Notes: generated from the letters alone by a model not told the origin. A DNA stretch of 64,000 bases from Octopus vulgaris (GCA_951406725.2 OX597814.1:147250001-147314000), one strand, 5' to 3'. Positions 1-13,455 are shown, counted from the first letter of the stretch. Numbers and translations: made by a program.

Positions 1-559
1 GTACGCATGCTTTGGGTGTTTCCAAGATGGCCGAAAAACTGTTGAGATTGATGGACGTTATGGAAGACACACAATCAGTAGAACTGACAAAATCGTTGCA
101 GATGAGCTCACAGCTGTGAGGGGAAAATCGTTGAATCACTATCTATGAGTTATCAGAAGATGTGTAGATTAGTTACGGTTCAATTCAGTCCATTATCACA
201 GAAGATTTGGGTATGTGACGTGTGTCTGCCAAGCTTATGCCAAAACTGCTTTCAACTGCCCAAGAAGACACTCCGGTTTCAGTTGCACAAACATCTCCTT
301 GATTGTGTCGAGAACACTGAAAAAATTTTGAAAATTTTGCGTAGGCCTCTGAGCAGATATCGCCAACATTTTAACACACTTCTCTGGCGTATTCAATTGG
401 ACGATCACACGCTAGACACCTTCCTTCCAAGAACTGCTGTAAACGGCGAAATTGAGCTAGAACGTTAAAACGTTGTGCTTATGTACAAAGCTAAGTTACT
501 CTGCATGCTTTAGTTTCATTACTATGGCAGCGGTGCATATACTTATTGATCAGAGCTTC
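1..559. mobile_element. Mariner-derived non-autonomous remnant: + strand transposase HTH fragment followed by an inverted 5' end and TIR
   Basis: + strand 20-330 reads, with stops/frameshifts, FQDGRKTVE..GR..SRTD..ITIYELSEDV*ISYGSIQSIITEDLGM*RVSAKLMPKLLS, typical of a mariner N-terminus. - strand 335-395 reads ..GDICSEAYAKF. A TIR-like ctgatcaataagtat lies on the - strand near 540-555. Confidence 0.75.
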
Positions 560-944
560 CTCCCTGCCTGCATGTCTTCCTCTCTACCTGTATCTCTCCT
601 TCTTATTTTTCACCCTTTCTGGTTTCTTCTCCTCTCTCCTCCCTCTGTCACTCCTCCTCCTCTCTCGTCGCTGACCAGAGGGCTACTAACTTTCTTTCTG
701 CCTAATACCTTCAACCAGGCAACACCGGCTTTTCCTGTCTTCGCTAGCCGGTCTTCAGAATGCGTTCTAATGAATTTTTCCCACCGTCTAGGCTTAAAAA
801 AGCCCTTATTGTTGGTTTCTAAGTTTAGGATGGTTGCATCACTTGACCTAAGAGTGCATTACGATGTAATCACTACCACCAAATTTTAACAATGATATTA
901 AAACTTTCTAATTAAATCATATGACCACCAATTGTGAAATTCTT

Positions 945-1080
945 TTGTCGATTGCATCGATTCCTCTAATGGACTGTTACTTTTTATTGACCTGAAAGGT
1001 TAAAAACAATTTGAACACAGAGCGTAAAGGGCAACAGCAAATACATGAAGATATTTTCCAACACACAATAAAATTTACCG
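945..1080 (-). mobile_element. Degenerate copy of SINE family D
   Basis: gtcgattgcatcga..ctgttactttttattgacctgaaagg resembles 54720-54779 and the reverse complement of 12630-12710. Confidence 0.45.
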
Positions 1081-1084
1081 AATT

Positions 1085-2590
1085 AGAACTAAATAGAACT
1101 CTAGATAAATACGAAAATTTTTTCATTCCTTTCAGTCTCACAGACTAGTTTTCTATTTTGTTTTTGTTTTAATCGTCGACTTCTGTTTGTTGGGTTATTA
1201 TTTTCAAAACGTCTACATATTTCTCTTTCTGGTGTCTGTAATCTATTCTGATAAATCTGGCTATAGTTGAAAATTATGCGTTGGTGGGAAATCTAAGGAC
1301 TGAAGACCTTTTAAAATGATTACTTGCCTGCATAAGGCTTTGTATACATTATTGTTACGCCACTTGATAGAACTTTTTTCATTCAAAATCAAGTGTTTCC
1401 TCCCGATCCAACATTAAGTTATTTATCATTTTAAGTTTCGTCATATGTTATACCTGGAAGGGAATGAATCAGTTGGACTTATAACAATATTTTTCGGCAA
1501 CAGAACATACGTATGCTTTCATATGTAAATTTTCATATACATGGGGTTGTATATGCCTTCATATACAACCCTATGTATAAAATATGCATAACTGTGGAAT
1601 GTATATGCTAATACAGTGCACATGCTTGTTTTAATTAGTTAATAGTACGTTGATTTTAATACAAGAGAAACTTTCGATTTTTTCAAAATTTCCATTTCTC
1701 TAGTCGCTTATTCCATGTTAGAAAATACTCGAATACCAGTATAGGTATTTATTAACTTCTTTATCTCTATTTAAATTATACTTTTATTTGGTGGGTTTCG
1801 TTACCGTTCAATTAAGATAGCAATTGCAGTTCTGTGAGATTTCAGTGGTCTAGTATATAATTTCGTTACTGTTTCTCAAGCTGTCTCTTAATACACATTA
1901 ATTCAGGCTCGACTTACTTTTGATATCCAGCTAGAAATCAGATATTGCATTGTGTATTATTAATATCTTTACTGAGTTTTTTTTTCATTTCTTGCCTCTC
2001 GATTTTGTATGGATTTTATCAATACTGCACTCATTGCGAAAGCCAACCACCTGAATAACGTGGTACAAGCATGATATATATTTTTGCTCTTCATCTGGTA
2101 CTTACTAGATATATATTTTTTATGGTTTTCCTATTATTTCCACTATATTGGTTATTTATCCCCCTTATTATGTATATATTTCTTGCATTCTAAACAATAG
2201 CGACATATAGAATGTCCAAAATTTTACTTCTGTTTCTCTTGGCAAGGAATTGATTTCTTTTCACAATATATATAATGCTCAACTCGATAAAATCGACTTG
2301 GCTTAAAGGTATTTTTTTTTCCTTTTACGATGGCTCTTTTGCGTAAGGATAGATTTTGAGTATTTAAATTATTAAGCATTCTTCAGATATGTATACAAGA
2401 ATCATATATTTTAAGGCACTGTCTCTCTTTGCATATTTGTAATCTCGCGTTTGATCTTATTTCAGGTTTGAAAAACCATTTCTTAATGTTCTCTGATTAT
2501 TGATTCTCCAACTTGTTAACTTGGGTTCAGCTGTTGTTATAATAGAAATCATATAGTTGAGATACCATATTTTACGACCCCTGAGGATTA
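1085..2590 (-). mobile_element. Very old RLE-type non-LTR retrotransposon remnant
   Basis: Fragmented - strand motifs KWRNNNVY (~RH motif after the zinc knuckle), EETL..ILN, PDL and LY..SGGLA; many stops. Confidence 0.3.
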
Positions 2591-2614
2591 GATATATATA
2601 CATATATATATAAT

Positions 2615-2666
<52 letters not shown>

Positions 2667-3799
2667 ATGTATATATATATATTTATATATATATATATAT
2701 ATATGTATGTATATATGTATGTATACACAAGCATATGAGGTGATGAGATCTCAAATACTGTTTACTTTCTTTTTTCAGCATATCTATAAGTTGTCTTTTG
2801 CTGCATTTTTCCCTTGTGTTTTGTTTATTTATTCTTAGTGAGTGTCTTTCTAGAGAGTGTCTTTTGCTATTCCATAAATATTTCATAGATTTTCCTTATT
2901 TCTTAAATAATTTCCTGCACGGCCACTTTAGACATTTTTAAAATTCTAACAGTCCCACTCTTGGAGCAAAGCATTCCGAATTAAACAGAAGAAAGATAAT
3001 AGACAGCATTTGATAGGATTGTATATATTCATGCTTTCATCGATTTCACCTGTCACCCGGTTGCAAACGCGGGTTTTTTAGTATATTTAGTGTACTCAAG
3101 CGTTACAGTAATGTTTCCAGTTGGAAGAAAGCTTCCTCTCTGTCTTCTACAAATAACATACGCTCTGAACAAAGGATTACTGCAAGGTGACCCTCACTAG
3201 TTACAAAGCAAATCTAAAGCACACATTTATGGAATTTACGAATGTCTTTAACATCTCCTAGTTTATATTCCCAATGTTAAAATTTGGTGGCTTTCTCTTA
3301 GCCTTTTTAAAACCAACATATATTACTATTGAATTGTTCGAATCAGTAACTGATTGGCAATATCAGACTGCATACAGGATTTCGATAATTTTTGCATGCT
3401 GTTCTATTCATACAAAAATATTTTTTACTTGGGTTATTGCCGATTCGACGTATAAAATCCAACGCGGTCGACCTTTAAATTTAGCGTTTAGGGTCTGACG
3501 AAGTAATCAAGTATTTTGAATATGCAGCCATTCATTACTTCAAACACTGAATATATATGAGCCTCAGAGAATTTAGACGATATACTGCAATCGTTATTGG
3601 TGAGTAACACTGATATATTCAAGTGAACGAAAACAATATATTGATAATTAAGTTTCCGTAATATGTTTGTTATAATAGCTTTCTGATTATGAAAAATGTT
3701 TTAAGTTACATATATTTTCAGGTTAACAGTCTCTTGCGATGTGGTCTGTACGGATGACGGATTTTTTTTATTCTTTCAAATCGTTGTTTCCTTGATTTT

Positions 3800-4720
3800 A
3801 ATAGCACCATTTTATATTATCTCACAAAGATCCGATGATCGATCCCGCATACAATCACCAATCTTAGATGCCATCTTTTCGAAACAATTACTTCAATTTG
3901 CTTTTGTACTTGCTTAACTTTTCAAGCGTTTCGAAGAGGTGTTCTAATTTGCTGGGAGTGACATATCCATGAGCAATAATGTTTCGTTAGTGTGATATTT
4001 CCACATATTTTCTGCTCCTTGACCGCAATAGCTCGATCACTGCCCCAAATAACGCTCATATGTCTACGTTCTACTATTTACTCGCCTTATGTTCCTTCCA
4101 GTTTTTCTCGCAGAGTGGTCCAATCTGACAACTTATGATCATTGCAGACAGCATTCTCTATGATGGTGATTAATCTGCTCAACTGCGGTTACATTACGGT
4201 TGCTAGAGATAAGATGATCCCTTATTTCATTAGCTGTACTACAAGAGACGAGAAGAGTAAGCACCATTTCAAAAAATATTGGTTTAGTAATTTCCAGCAC
4301 GCAAGAATTGCTTAACTTAACGGAATTGAGCAATTCCCTTAATGTTTCATTCATTACACTGTTCTGGCGTTCCATTTGATTTCGATTGTGCATTTATTTG
4401 CTTTGTTTTCACAATGGTTTCTTCTGTTTTCTCTGCTTGAACTTCCCTATTCCTTTGCATATCTTATTGACTTGCTTTTATATTGAACAAAACTTTGAAG
4501 TACTTTCATACTGGAAGATATGCTCAACCGCCCATTCATTAGCGTTATCTATATAGGTGTTTTACCCTAAGGTTGATGTCTCTAATTTTAGTAGCAACTG
4601 CATCACTTCATGTAATTTGTTCTTTCGAGGGTTGTACTGTTTGACTTTGGATGATACATTGAGAGAAACTTATGTATATTTTGTGTCCCTTTAAACTATT
4701 TATGGGCACGTTTATGTTAA
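3800..4720 (-). mobile_element. Old R4/Dong-like LINE 3' part (zinc knuckle + RLE endonuclease remnant)
   Basis: - strand CSTANEIRDHLISS..INHH (4139-4393) and LLMDMSLPAN..LEKLSKYK..RWHL (3860-4010) align by eye with CGDGQETINHIISSC..RHD and LIDVSVPADD..EKLSKYKDLE..MWNL of the 39-41 kb copy. Confidence 0.7.
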
Positions 4721-4860
4721 ATATGCTGATTACAATAGGTATAGCCAGTGTATGGCATCAATCCTTTTGTCATCATTTAGATCACATTTTAGGAAAGTAC
4801 TTACTCTGTCAGTAATCTTACCGTATTCTCTGGTGCTTTTATGTTTACTGAATGCCATAT

Positions 4861-4943
<83 letters not shown>

Positions 4944-5059
4944 ACACACACACACCTAATATTAATAGTTTGCCTTCAAGTGACTATTCCTAATAACTTC
5001 TTCCTGAGCGGCTACAATTTACACTTTGGTCTCTCGTTTTAGTTCTCCGTCCGTCACCG

Positions 5060-6900
5060 AAAGCTATCATTTTCTTCCAGCATCCTGTGTTTGTTGCAAG
5101 AATTGGCTATGTAATTCCCTCTCCTTCCATCTGCATACTCTGTTCGTTTTTCTGGTCTTGAATTTAACTGTTTCAGTAACAGTTTGGGCATTCCTAGCTG
5201 CTTATAGTATTCTTTTCTTAAACAGCACAACATAATATTTGAACATCAATATCGCGTACAAATTTTATCTTCGAGTTTAGTAATTTTCTGCTTCCGTCTC
5301 CTGTTAAGTAGAATGTGTCGTATTAATTTTAGGGTAGTGTGCGTTGTGCATTGTCGGCAACTTTCTAGTTCTATTCAAGTTCTCTAACCCTACCTTGGTT
5401 CAATTCAGAAAGGGAACAGAGATATTGATTTAATGAGAGATACTCTCTCTCATTTCCCTTTCATTAACCTATCGTCTTCAATCACCCCTAGCTAATTTTA
5501 TTCATCGTTGTTCTACAGTGAACTAATACTGTTGTCTTGTGGTAATTTTATGTCATTACATTTTCCCTTCCGGCCTCTCTTCATTAATACCAGTGCACAT
5601 ATATTCGCCCCAAACTGCATTCCATTATTCTTGCTGAATACCCTTTTGATCAGAGAATTCTTGTATTTCTCATTTTTATATATAGATTGTCTTTCTCATT
5701 TTTGTATATAGATTGTCTTTGTCATTTTTGTATATAGATTGTCTTTCTTATTTGTGCATATAGATAAAGCAGATTATCTATTTTTACATATAATTCGATA
5801 AATTCATAGGCAGACCTGGATTCACGGTGAATTCTACTTCCCACATTCTCATTACTTTGTCCAAAAAGCTGTGTATCTTATCATTGGCTCCGAGCGTTGT
5901 AAGACACTCGAAAAGCCTGATGTGCGGAACATTGTCATATTTACCTTTAGTCTATCCAGCCAAGAGTAGTTAAATTCATATTTCTTACTCGTATGTCATT
6001 AAGTATCATCCTATCTGTAAACATCATTCCTTTGACTTCTTTCTGCATCCGTTTTACTCCACTGGCGACAAATTCTCCTTTTCCAGAACGTTATATATTT
6101 CATCCGCAATGAGGCCACTTAATAACTTCCAAAGTAATGATAAACACGTATTAAGCCTAAAACTGTTAGCTTCCCCTCACTTTTCTTTGTCCTTCTCTAT
6201 CAGCACTCTACTTCTTTATATCAGTTCCATCTCATAAGCAGGCAGTAAGGTCCGGTAGTGTATAACTGAATAACTGGGAGGTTTTTGAGCGAGAATCTCG
6301 AGGGCTTTCAGTTTAGCATTTTCTTGATCATGTCTTTCATTCTCTTATTCGCAAGTATTATATTTTCATTTTCACCCCATTTCCCATTTCTCTTTAAATT
6401 CCTGCAAACAGCCTGGTTTTATATATCGCTGAAATACTTTACTCCAGATTCCTCCCCAGCATTTTCTTGTTGCTTCAACATCTGTCATATCTTATCCCTG
6501 GAGATTCTCTTTATTGTTTAGGTCTTCAAAGAAATTTCTTCCGTTGAATTATCAGTCCTGTCGCTACTGATACATCCTCTGAGGTATCTGTTTTATTTTA
6601 CCGACACTACTTTGAAGTTTTTGCCTTAACTCTTTTAAATGCAAGTAGACTTCTGTCTCAAATGCTCTTTTCTGTGATTGCCTTTATCCGTCCAAGAGCC
6701 CCCTTGACCTGTTTCATTTGATTCCAAAACCATCGCTTCCGCCATGGGACATTGACCTTTCTTACTCTTTGACTTTTATTCGCAAAAATGTGTCAATAGC
6801 TACGTAATATATTAAGTAGTTTAGATTTCTTGTATTTTCAATATAGACTTTCGTTAACAGGACGTCCATTTTTTCGCTACTTTACTCAGTTTTCTTTTTC
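5060..6900 (-). mobile_element. Old R4/Dong-like LINE RT remnant
   Basis: - strand degenerate motifs PWRKR, YRT.TCL, LSPVE*NGCRKKSKG, WID*..YDNVPH, MQFGANICALVLMKRG..LGVIEDD and WKERELHSQF. Confidence 0.7.
5666..5765. repeat. 26-bp minisatellite, ~4 copies (tatatagattgtctttctcatttttg)
   Basis: Directly visible tandem units inside the old LINE RT remnant. Confidence 0.85.
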
Positions 6901-7000
6901 GTTTCCTTTCAAAACTGGTTTCTATCTTTAACTATTACGTGTATCATTAACGTTCACATTTTGCAGTATCCTTCCTGCCTTGTGCCAAAATTTTACACAT

Positions 7001-7092
7001 TTCTTCTTCTTCTTCTTCTTCTTCTTCTTCTTCTTCTTCTTCTTCTTCTTCTTCTTCTTCTTCTTCTTCTTCTTCTTCTTCTTCTTCTTCTC
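7001..7092. repeat. (TTC)n microsatellite
   Basis: Direct reading. Confidence 0.98.
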
Positions 7093-7379
7093 CTTCATCC
7101 TTTGCTGTTCCAGTTATAGATTGTATTTCAGTTTGATTTACAGCTTTCAATATTTCTTTTTCTTTTTCAGTTTTTCAGTTTTCTTTGCTTCTGAAGTAGG
7201 TATTTCTGTAGTCCTACGGTGGTTATTTTGTAATAGTTCTCTAGCTGTTTAAGGCCTCCACCACCTTCGATACGTTGTATATATAACCTTTCTACGTCAG
7301 ATTTCGTATGGCGCATCCTAAATCCTGTCCTTATTTTTCTTGCTTTACTGTCTATTTTGATTAGTCCATTTAGAGTCTG

Positions 7380-8100
7380 GTTAAGAAATATCGTAGCTAT
7401 AACTCATAACTGGGACGGCCCTAGAGTGTTGATACTTATCTTGTTGTTCGCACTGAGCTCTGTTTTCAGTATTAATCTCACTCGACTATAGTATACTTTT
7501 CTTATCTTTTCTTTAATTTATATGTGTTGCATCGTATTTAGTTCATTGATTTTTAATTATTTGTATGTCTGGCTTTGCTCTAATCCTCTTATTTCATTTG
7601 CTTTATCTAGTGTGATGTTGCTACTCTTAACTAGTTTTCGTCTTTTCAAGGTTGCTTTGGCACACTTTTCTAAGCCAAATTTGATGTTTATTTGTTTGGT
7701 AAATACATGTATTGGCTGCAGTAATGTTTCCAGCTGTTTATCATTTGTAGCTTGCTGTTTTAGATCATCTGTGTATGAGGTGGTTGATTCTTTTGCCGTA
7801 ACAGTTGTATCTACATCCAGTTCTGTTTAGCATGTCAGATAAAGGTCTTAGTGCCAAGCAGCAACGGAATGGAGAGAACGTGTCTCCCTGAAATATTCCT
7901 CTACTAATAAGGATGTATTTGGATTTTATGAGCCTCTCTTTTGTCTGGAGGTGTAGCACTGTCTGCCGTCTATTCATTAAATATTTTATATATTTTATGC
8001 TTATTGGTGCTACCTTGTTCATGGCTAGTGTTTCTGGGATTCATGTGTGGAGAATACTATCAAAAGCATTTCGGTAATCGAACGAGTCATATGCCATTGG
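7380..8100 (-). mobile_element. R4/Dong LINE RT fragment, diverged member of the 39-41 kb family
   Basis: ORF 7765-8022 (NKVAPI..QTVLHLQTKE..RGIFQGDTFSP..CLAL.PLSDMLNRTGC) closely matches the 39264-40907 protein. Confidence 0.9.
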
Positions 8101-9095
8101 TTTCATCCACTCTATTGCAGATGTGGGATAGCGGAGACAGGTGTTCTTTCCAAACGTTGAAATTCCAGTTCATGGTCAAAGCTTGGTCATGTGCTGCCAG
8201 TTTAGAGCTCACGGTCTCTTTTTTTAGTGTTCCTTTCTTCAGTCATTCCCACCTATTTAAAGCAACTTCTGTTTTGGCTACATAGAATTGATTGTGTTGT
8301 CCCTGGTTGTGTATTTCTTCTTCGCGACCTTTTTGTACTTCTTCCTTCATTTTTGACTTTTACTTTGAAAATACACCCTTGTCTCTAAACTGACTTTAGC
8401 GAGGTTTCCTTCCTTTGGGCTTGGTATCTCATCAAACTCTCGACTTTGATACGTACGCAGTCTTTCACACCTGTGAGTCCTCTTCCTCCATTTTCTATCT
8501 TCATGTATAAGTGATCAGTGTCTGTCCGTGGATGATGGGATCCATACCTCTTCAGGAGCTTTCTTGACTTCCTATGTACCTTTTTTATTTCCTTCTCTAT
8601 CTACTTCCGAATTCCCGAGGCTATAACGAACTACTGCGACTGTACCTGATTTTATTGCCAAAATTATGTCTCTAACATTCAGCATTGAAGCTAATATTCT
8701 CTCACTCGTCGCAGGTGCTTTATTTTTGTCTTTTCCTCCATTTCTTGTGTTTGATTCTATCTGCCTCAAGTATTACCAGATGGATTGAAGTTGAATTGCC
8801 TTCATCATTTAACCATTTGTCAACTCTATGCCTTCTGCCCTGACAATCGTTCCTTCCAATTGTAACACGTTTTGAGAGTGCAAAACCCTTCTAAATGTCA
8901 TTGGAGAAAATCCGCACAGACTGGACTAGGTTGTCTAGTCCTGCCTCACATTTTGTGAAGAACTTCAAGCCGTTCATGAAGAGTAAGTGGATCAGTTTTC
9001 CGTTATCTATTCGCAAGTCACACCTCAACTTTGTTTTTTGTATTATTTCACTCAAGCGGATCATACCCAACATAATTATCAGTGGAGACATAATT
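8100..9095 (-). mobile_element. Second R4/Dong-related LINE fragment (RT to zinc-knuckle region)
   Basis: MSPL..HLLFMNGLKFF..VQSVRIFSNDI (8891-9091), HHPRTDTDHLYMKIENGGRGL (~8470-8545) and LAAHDQAL (~8175-8200). Confidence 0.8.
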
Positions 9096-9447
9096 ATCAG
9101 TGGAGTTTCCTCTCTTGATTTACACCTCCTATTACTTTATTGCCTATTGTCAATTCTATTCTCAACCATTTCATACTGTTATTATTTTTAAAAACTTTTA
9201 ATCTACATGCTTGTTACAGTCAAATTCTCGCGTGTGTTGCATTAAGATATCGTGCATCTAAGACAGAAGCCACACTTTACATCGCAACAATCTTTCCGGT
9301 TTTTTAGTTCATTTGCTTTAGCAGAACTTTTCTCACAGTTGTATTGCGAAGTTTTCCTTCCATCGCACCGACGTTATTGGATTGAATTTCTTTCGTGGAG
9401 GGAGCTTCTTAGTGAACGCCTGTGTTGTTATTCAGACCGGAGCTGAA

Positions 9448-9467
9448 TATTATTATTATTATTATTA

Positions 9468-9502
<35 letters not shown>

Positions 9503-9506
9503 GTTA

Positions 9507-9601
<95 letters not shown>
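9448..9601. repeat. (TTA)n microsatellite
   Basis: Direct reading. Confidence 0.98.
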
Positions 9602-9980
9602 GCAGTGAGGCGCAGGTAGAATTTTCTTCAGTTCGAGCAACCCATTCCACTCAAAAGTTCCCTGAATAAGGGTCGTTTAAGGATGTAGAGCGTAACACCC
9701 ATGTTTCCAGAAATGAATGATCCAAACCAAAAGAACTTCTTTCAGCACATACATATGACGCTCCCCAACTTCTTCTGCTCGTGATCAGAGATCGTTAGTC
9801 ATTAAGGGGCGTGCTCAACAGGTTAAGGCCAAAAACTGACAAGCAAATCTGAGGTATTGAGCAGAAAATTTGCTGTCCTATCTTTTATACCAAGATAAAA
9901 AATGTACATGATAAAACTTCCAATCGGTTAAGATCAGAAGCTATGAGAGGCATTCCCTGGTACTGCATCGGAACGTTTAT
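9602..9980. mobile_element. Non-coding interspersed element between (TTA)n tracts
   Basis: ~380 bp of complex sequence bounded by TTA repeats inside the LINE cluster; no ORF; family not identifiable within this window. Confidence 0.4.
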
Positions 9981-10155
9981 GATTATTATTATAATTATTA
10001 TTACTTTTAATCTGCATGCTTGTTACATTCACTTGCCGGAAGACACCCAGCATCCTAGGGCGAGTGAAGAATAAAAGATGTTAACGTACGATGTGAAAGC
10101 TCTCCGTTATTTCCTCTATGATTATTATGATTATTATTATTATTATTATTATTAT

Positions 10156-11073
10156 TCAGTAGTTTTATTTTTATAGCGTGCTTTCACTTCACTACCGAGC
10201 GCCGAAAAAACATGCAGAATATGTGGAGATGGACAAGAAACAATAAATCATATTATCTCTAGCTGCCCAGTCTGTGCTGTGATTTGTTGTGATGCTCTGA
10301 TGGTTATTGTATGGAAAGTGTTCTGCGTAGGATGTGTGCAGTGCCTAGTAGTGCAATTTACGGTATGTTATATGTGTTTGTAAGTCCTGGTGTTTTTGTT
10401 ATGTATTTGTCTGAATATTTTTTTATCATGCCTAATGCACCTACTATGATAGGAATTGTTTCTGTTTTCAGGTTCCACATTCTAGTTATCTCTATTTCCA
10501 GGTCTTTGTATTTTGAGAGTTTCTCCATTTCTTTTAGAGACACGTTGTCATCTGCCGGTATTGATACATCAATTAGAAAGCATTTTTTTCTTCATGATCT
10601 CTGACAACTATATCTGGTCTGTTGGCCTTAATTTCTCTATCTGTGTGTATCGGCATATCTCAGAGTATGGTTGCTTTCTTGTTTTCTGTGACCTTTTCTG
10701 GTGTGTGCCTATACCATCTTTTTTCTGTTGTTATTCCATAATGTTGGCATAGCTTCCAATGTATGTAGGTTCCAACTCTGTCATGTCTGTGAATATATTC
10801 CTTCTTAGCCAGGACTGGGCAGCTAGAGATAATATGATTTATTGTTTCTTGTCCATCTCCACATATTCTGCAGTTACTTGTAATATTTCTTTTCATTACA
10901 TGTTTTTGGTAATTTCTGGTGGGGAGGCTTTGGTCTTGTGCTGCAATTAAAAATCCCTCTGTTTCTGCTTTGAGTCCTGAGCTTCTCAACCATTGCTGGG
11001 ATTTTTCTTTGTCTATTTCTTTTGCGTTTAGTTTAGTGCAGTATTTACCATGAAGGGGCTTTTCTTGCCATCG

Positions 11074-11079
<6 letters not shown>
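10156..11079 (-). mobile_element. Young 5'-truncated R4/Dong LINE 3' fragment (CCHC + RLE + 3' UTR) flanked by (TAA)n
   Basis: Near-identical reverse complement of ~40873-41751; ORFs 10660-10989 and 10358-10543; ATT repeats on both sides. Confidence 0.95.
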
Positions 11080-11136
<57 letters not shown>

Positions 11137-11729
11137 CTGTCAATGTGCATGTTTTTTCGAGTGTTTCTGTTTATGTCAAATGGAATTCGAACAAATGTCA
11201 AAGCATTCAATCATAAAGCGTCTGTACGCACTCCCCCGTTAAGCAAATTAATGATGCAAATATAAACAGTGCTGCTAATATAGTGAACGTTAACGCCCCC
11301 TCTTTATGGAGCACTATAGAGAGTTAAAAACATGAAGCTGCGAAGAAAAAGTCCCAATTCTATCTATATAACTATTCTATCTAAACTGTTTCCTCCCAAA
11401 CAAGTGATAAGGATTCAACGTACACTTCAAATATAATATTTCAAATAGGGAAAAGGGAAACAAAACACAGAAAAGTTATCCCTATATAACCATTATCATA
11501 TCCGTCATTCCTTCAATAATACATTATATCCCATCATGCAATTTCACAAATACATATTAAAAATGTGAGAATTCTCCATCGGAATTAAAGTACAAATTCA
11601 AACTGTCAAGAATTTAGGAAAATAACTCAATTCCACGTTTGAAATAATCTGAATCATTTTGCATTTCACACTGATTTTACAAATAAGCCATGTTCCGATC
11701 CAAATGTGTTTAATCATAATTACAATTTA

Positions 11730-12560
11730 CTCACAACATCCATGTCATTTGGTATGGCTACATCTATGGTCTGACAGTATTTATCTCTCTTAATCAATAA
11801 GATGATATCCTGCCGACGTTGTTCGATTACACGATCCGTCTGAAAATCATAGTCTCAGAGTATCATTCGTTTTCAATCATCCTGCATAACTTTACTTGGT
11901 ACATGCTCATACAAGTTCTCTGTTACTTCATACTGGTATTTACGGCATAAGAGACAATTAAGATACAAACACATTTCATCGTGTCGGCATATGTATTTTT
12001 TTATGCAAGGCTCTCGCATCCACTTACCAAATGGATCACATTTTCCATACTGTTTCCACAGAGTCTGCATGTCTGGGTGTCAGAAGTTTATAAAGGAAGT
12101 ATAAATGTTATACTTCACTGAATTGGTACTGAGGGCCTGGTCCTGTGCAGCAATGATCAGGCTTTCGTTGGTACGCTTCAAATCAACTCGCGCAAGCCAT
12201 GTCTACGATGTTATATTATCCTCAATGTCTTGTGTATTCCTTTCAAACTGCCCATGCATTCTCATTTCAAGAATGTCTTCTTTTCTCTTCTCTTCAACTC
12301 TTTTGTTAAACTCTGGCTTGCCCATCATTTTATCTACATTTACACCATTACCTAAAGCGGCATATTGCAGCAGGTCTTCATCATTATTTATCAAATATTC
12401 AGCAAATGTTCTCATTTCACTCCTTCTACAAGTCATTTTACGTTTGCTGTAGGGTGTAGACCCCCATGCAGTGTCATCAACTTTCTTGTCCTTCTATCCA
12501 ATGTTGACATCTGACCACCACAACTGCCCAGATATTCATTGCGATAATCACATTTTTGGT
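11730..12560 (-). mobile_element. Third R4/Dong-related LINE 3' fragment
   Basis: MRMHGQFER, LIIAAQDQALSTN, CR..YICRHD and DFQTDRVIEQRRQDII..IDVAIPND motifs on the - strand. Confidence 0.85.
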
Positions 12561-12567
12561 ATTTGGT

Positions 12568-12750
12568 ATCCTTAGCACACCTGGCGACAGGCATATCGGT
12601 ATTTCATCTGCCTCTATGTTATAAGTTCAAATTCCGCCGAGGTCGACTTTCATCCTTTCGGGGTCAATACCTTAAGTGCCAGTGAAACACTGGATCAATG
12701 TAATCGACCAATCCCCTCTCCCCAAATTTTAGGCCTTTAATCGAAATGAT
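12568..12750 (+). mobile_element. tRNA-related SINE family D copy
   Basis: aagttcaaattccgccgaggtcgact..cctttcggggtc.. shared with 42437-42530, 47881-48085 and 54651-54779. Confidence 0.7.
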
Positions 12751-13359
12751 TTTTTAAAATTAGTAGTTTCGTCATCATCATCATCATTACAAACTAAATA
12801 TTTCATATGAATTATCTACCTCGGGGTATGATATACAAGGAATATCAGATTAATGTGGAAGACTAAGATGAATTAACAATCAATTATTCACGTATCTGTC
12901 ACATTGTTTATGTTCATTCTATATCTGATTGTCGCCAGCAGATTCAAGAATAAATCAAATAAAAATTAAAATAAAACAATTTGTGTTCTGACAAATTTTG
13001 AGAAACTAGTGAAATGTGATTTTAATTACTTTATTTTAAAAATATATATTGTAGATTATTTTCATTTTCATAATTCACAAATGCGCAGGCGAAGAAGCAG
13101 GCGCGCGCAGAGATACACACATACATATAAAAACGTTGAATAATATCGAACAGTTTGACAAGAGTGCTCAATTTACCAGAGTATATGGTTTGTTGAAACT
13201 GTAGAGTTATCTCGTCATTTGCGGTTTGCAACACTAAAGTTAGTTCTAGACTGGAGGACGTAGGAGCTAACAATTTGAGTCAACAGATAAACATATGGTT
13301 TACTATTTCGAATTCTTCTATCACTAAATATACATATATATAATTAAATATATATAAAT

Positions 13360-13455
<96 letters not shown>

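Noticed and set aside
3490-3530. CTGACGA hammerhead-like start
   Set aside because: No valid GAAA or stems.
5666-5765. CRISPR-like array
   Set aside because: Tandem units without unique spacers, eukaryotic context, no cas genes.
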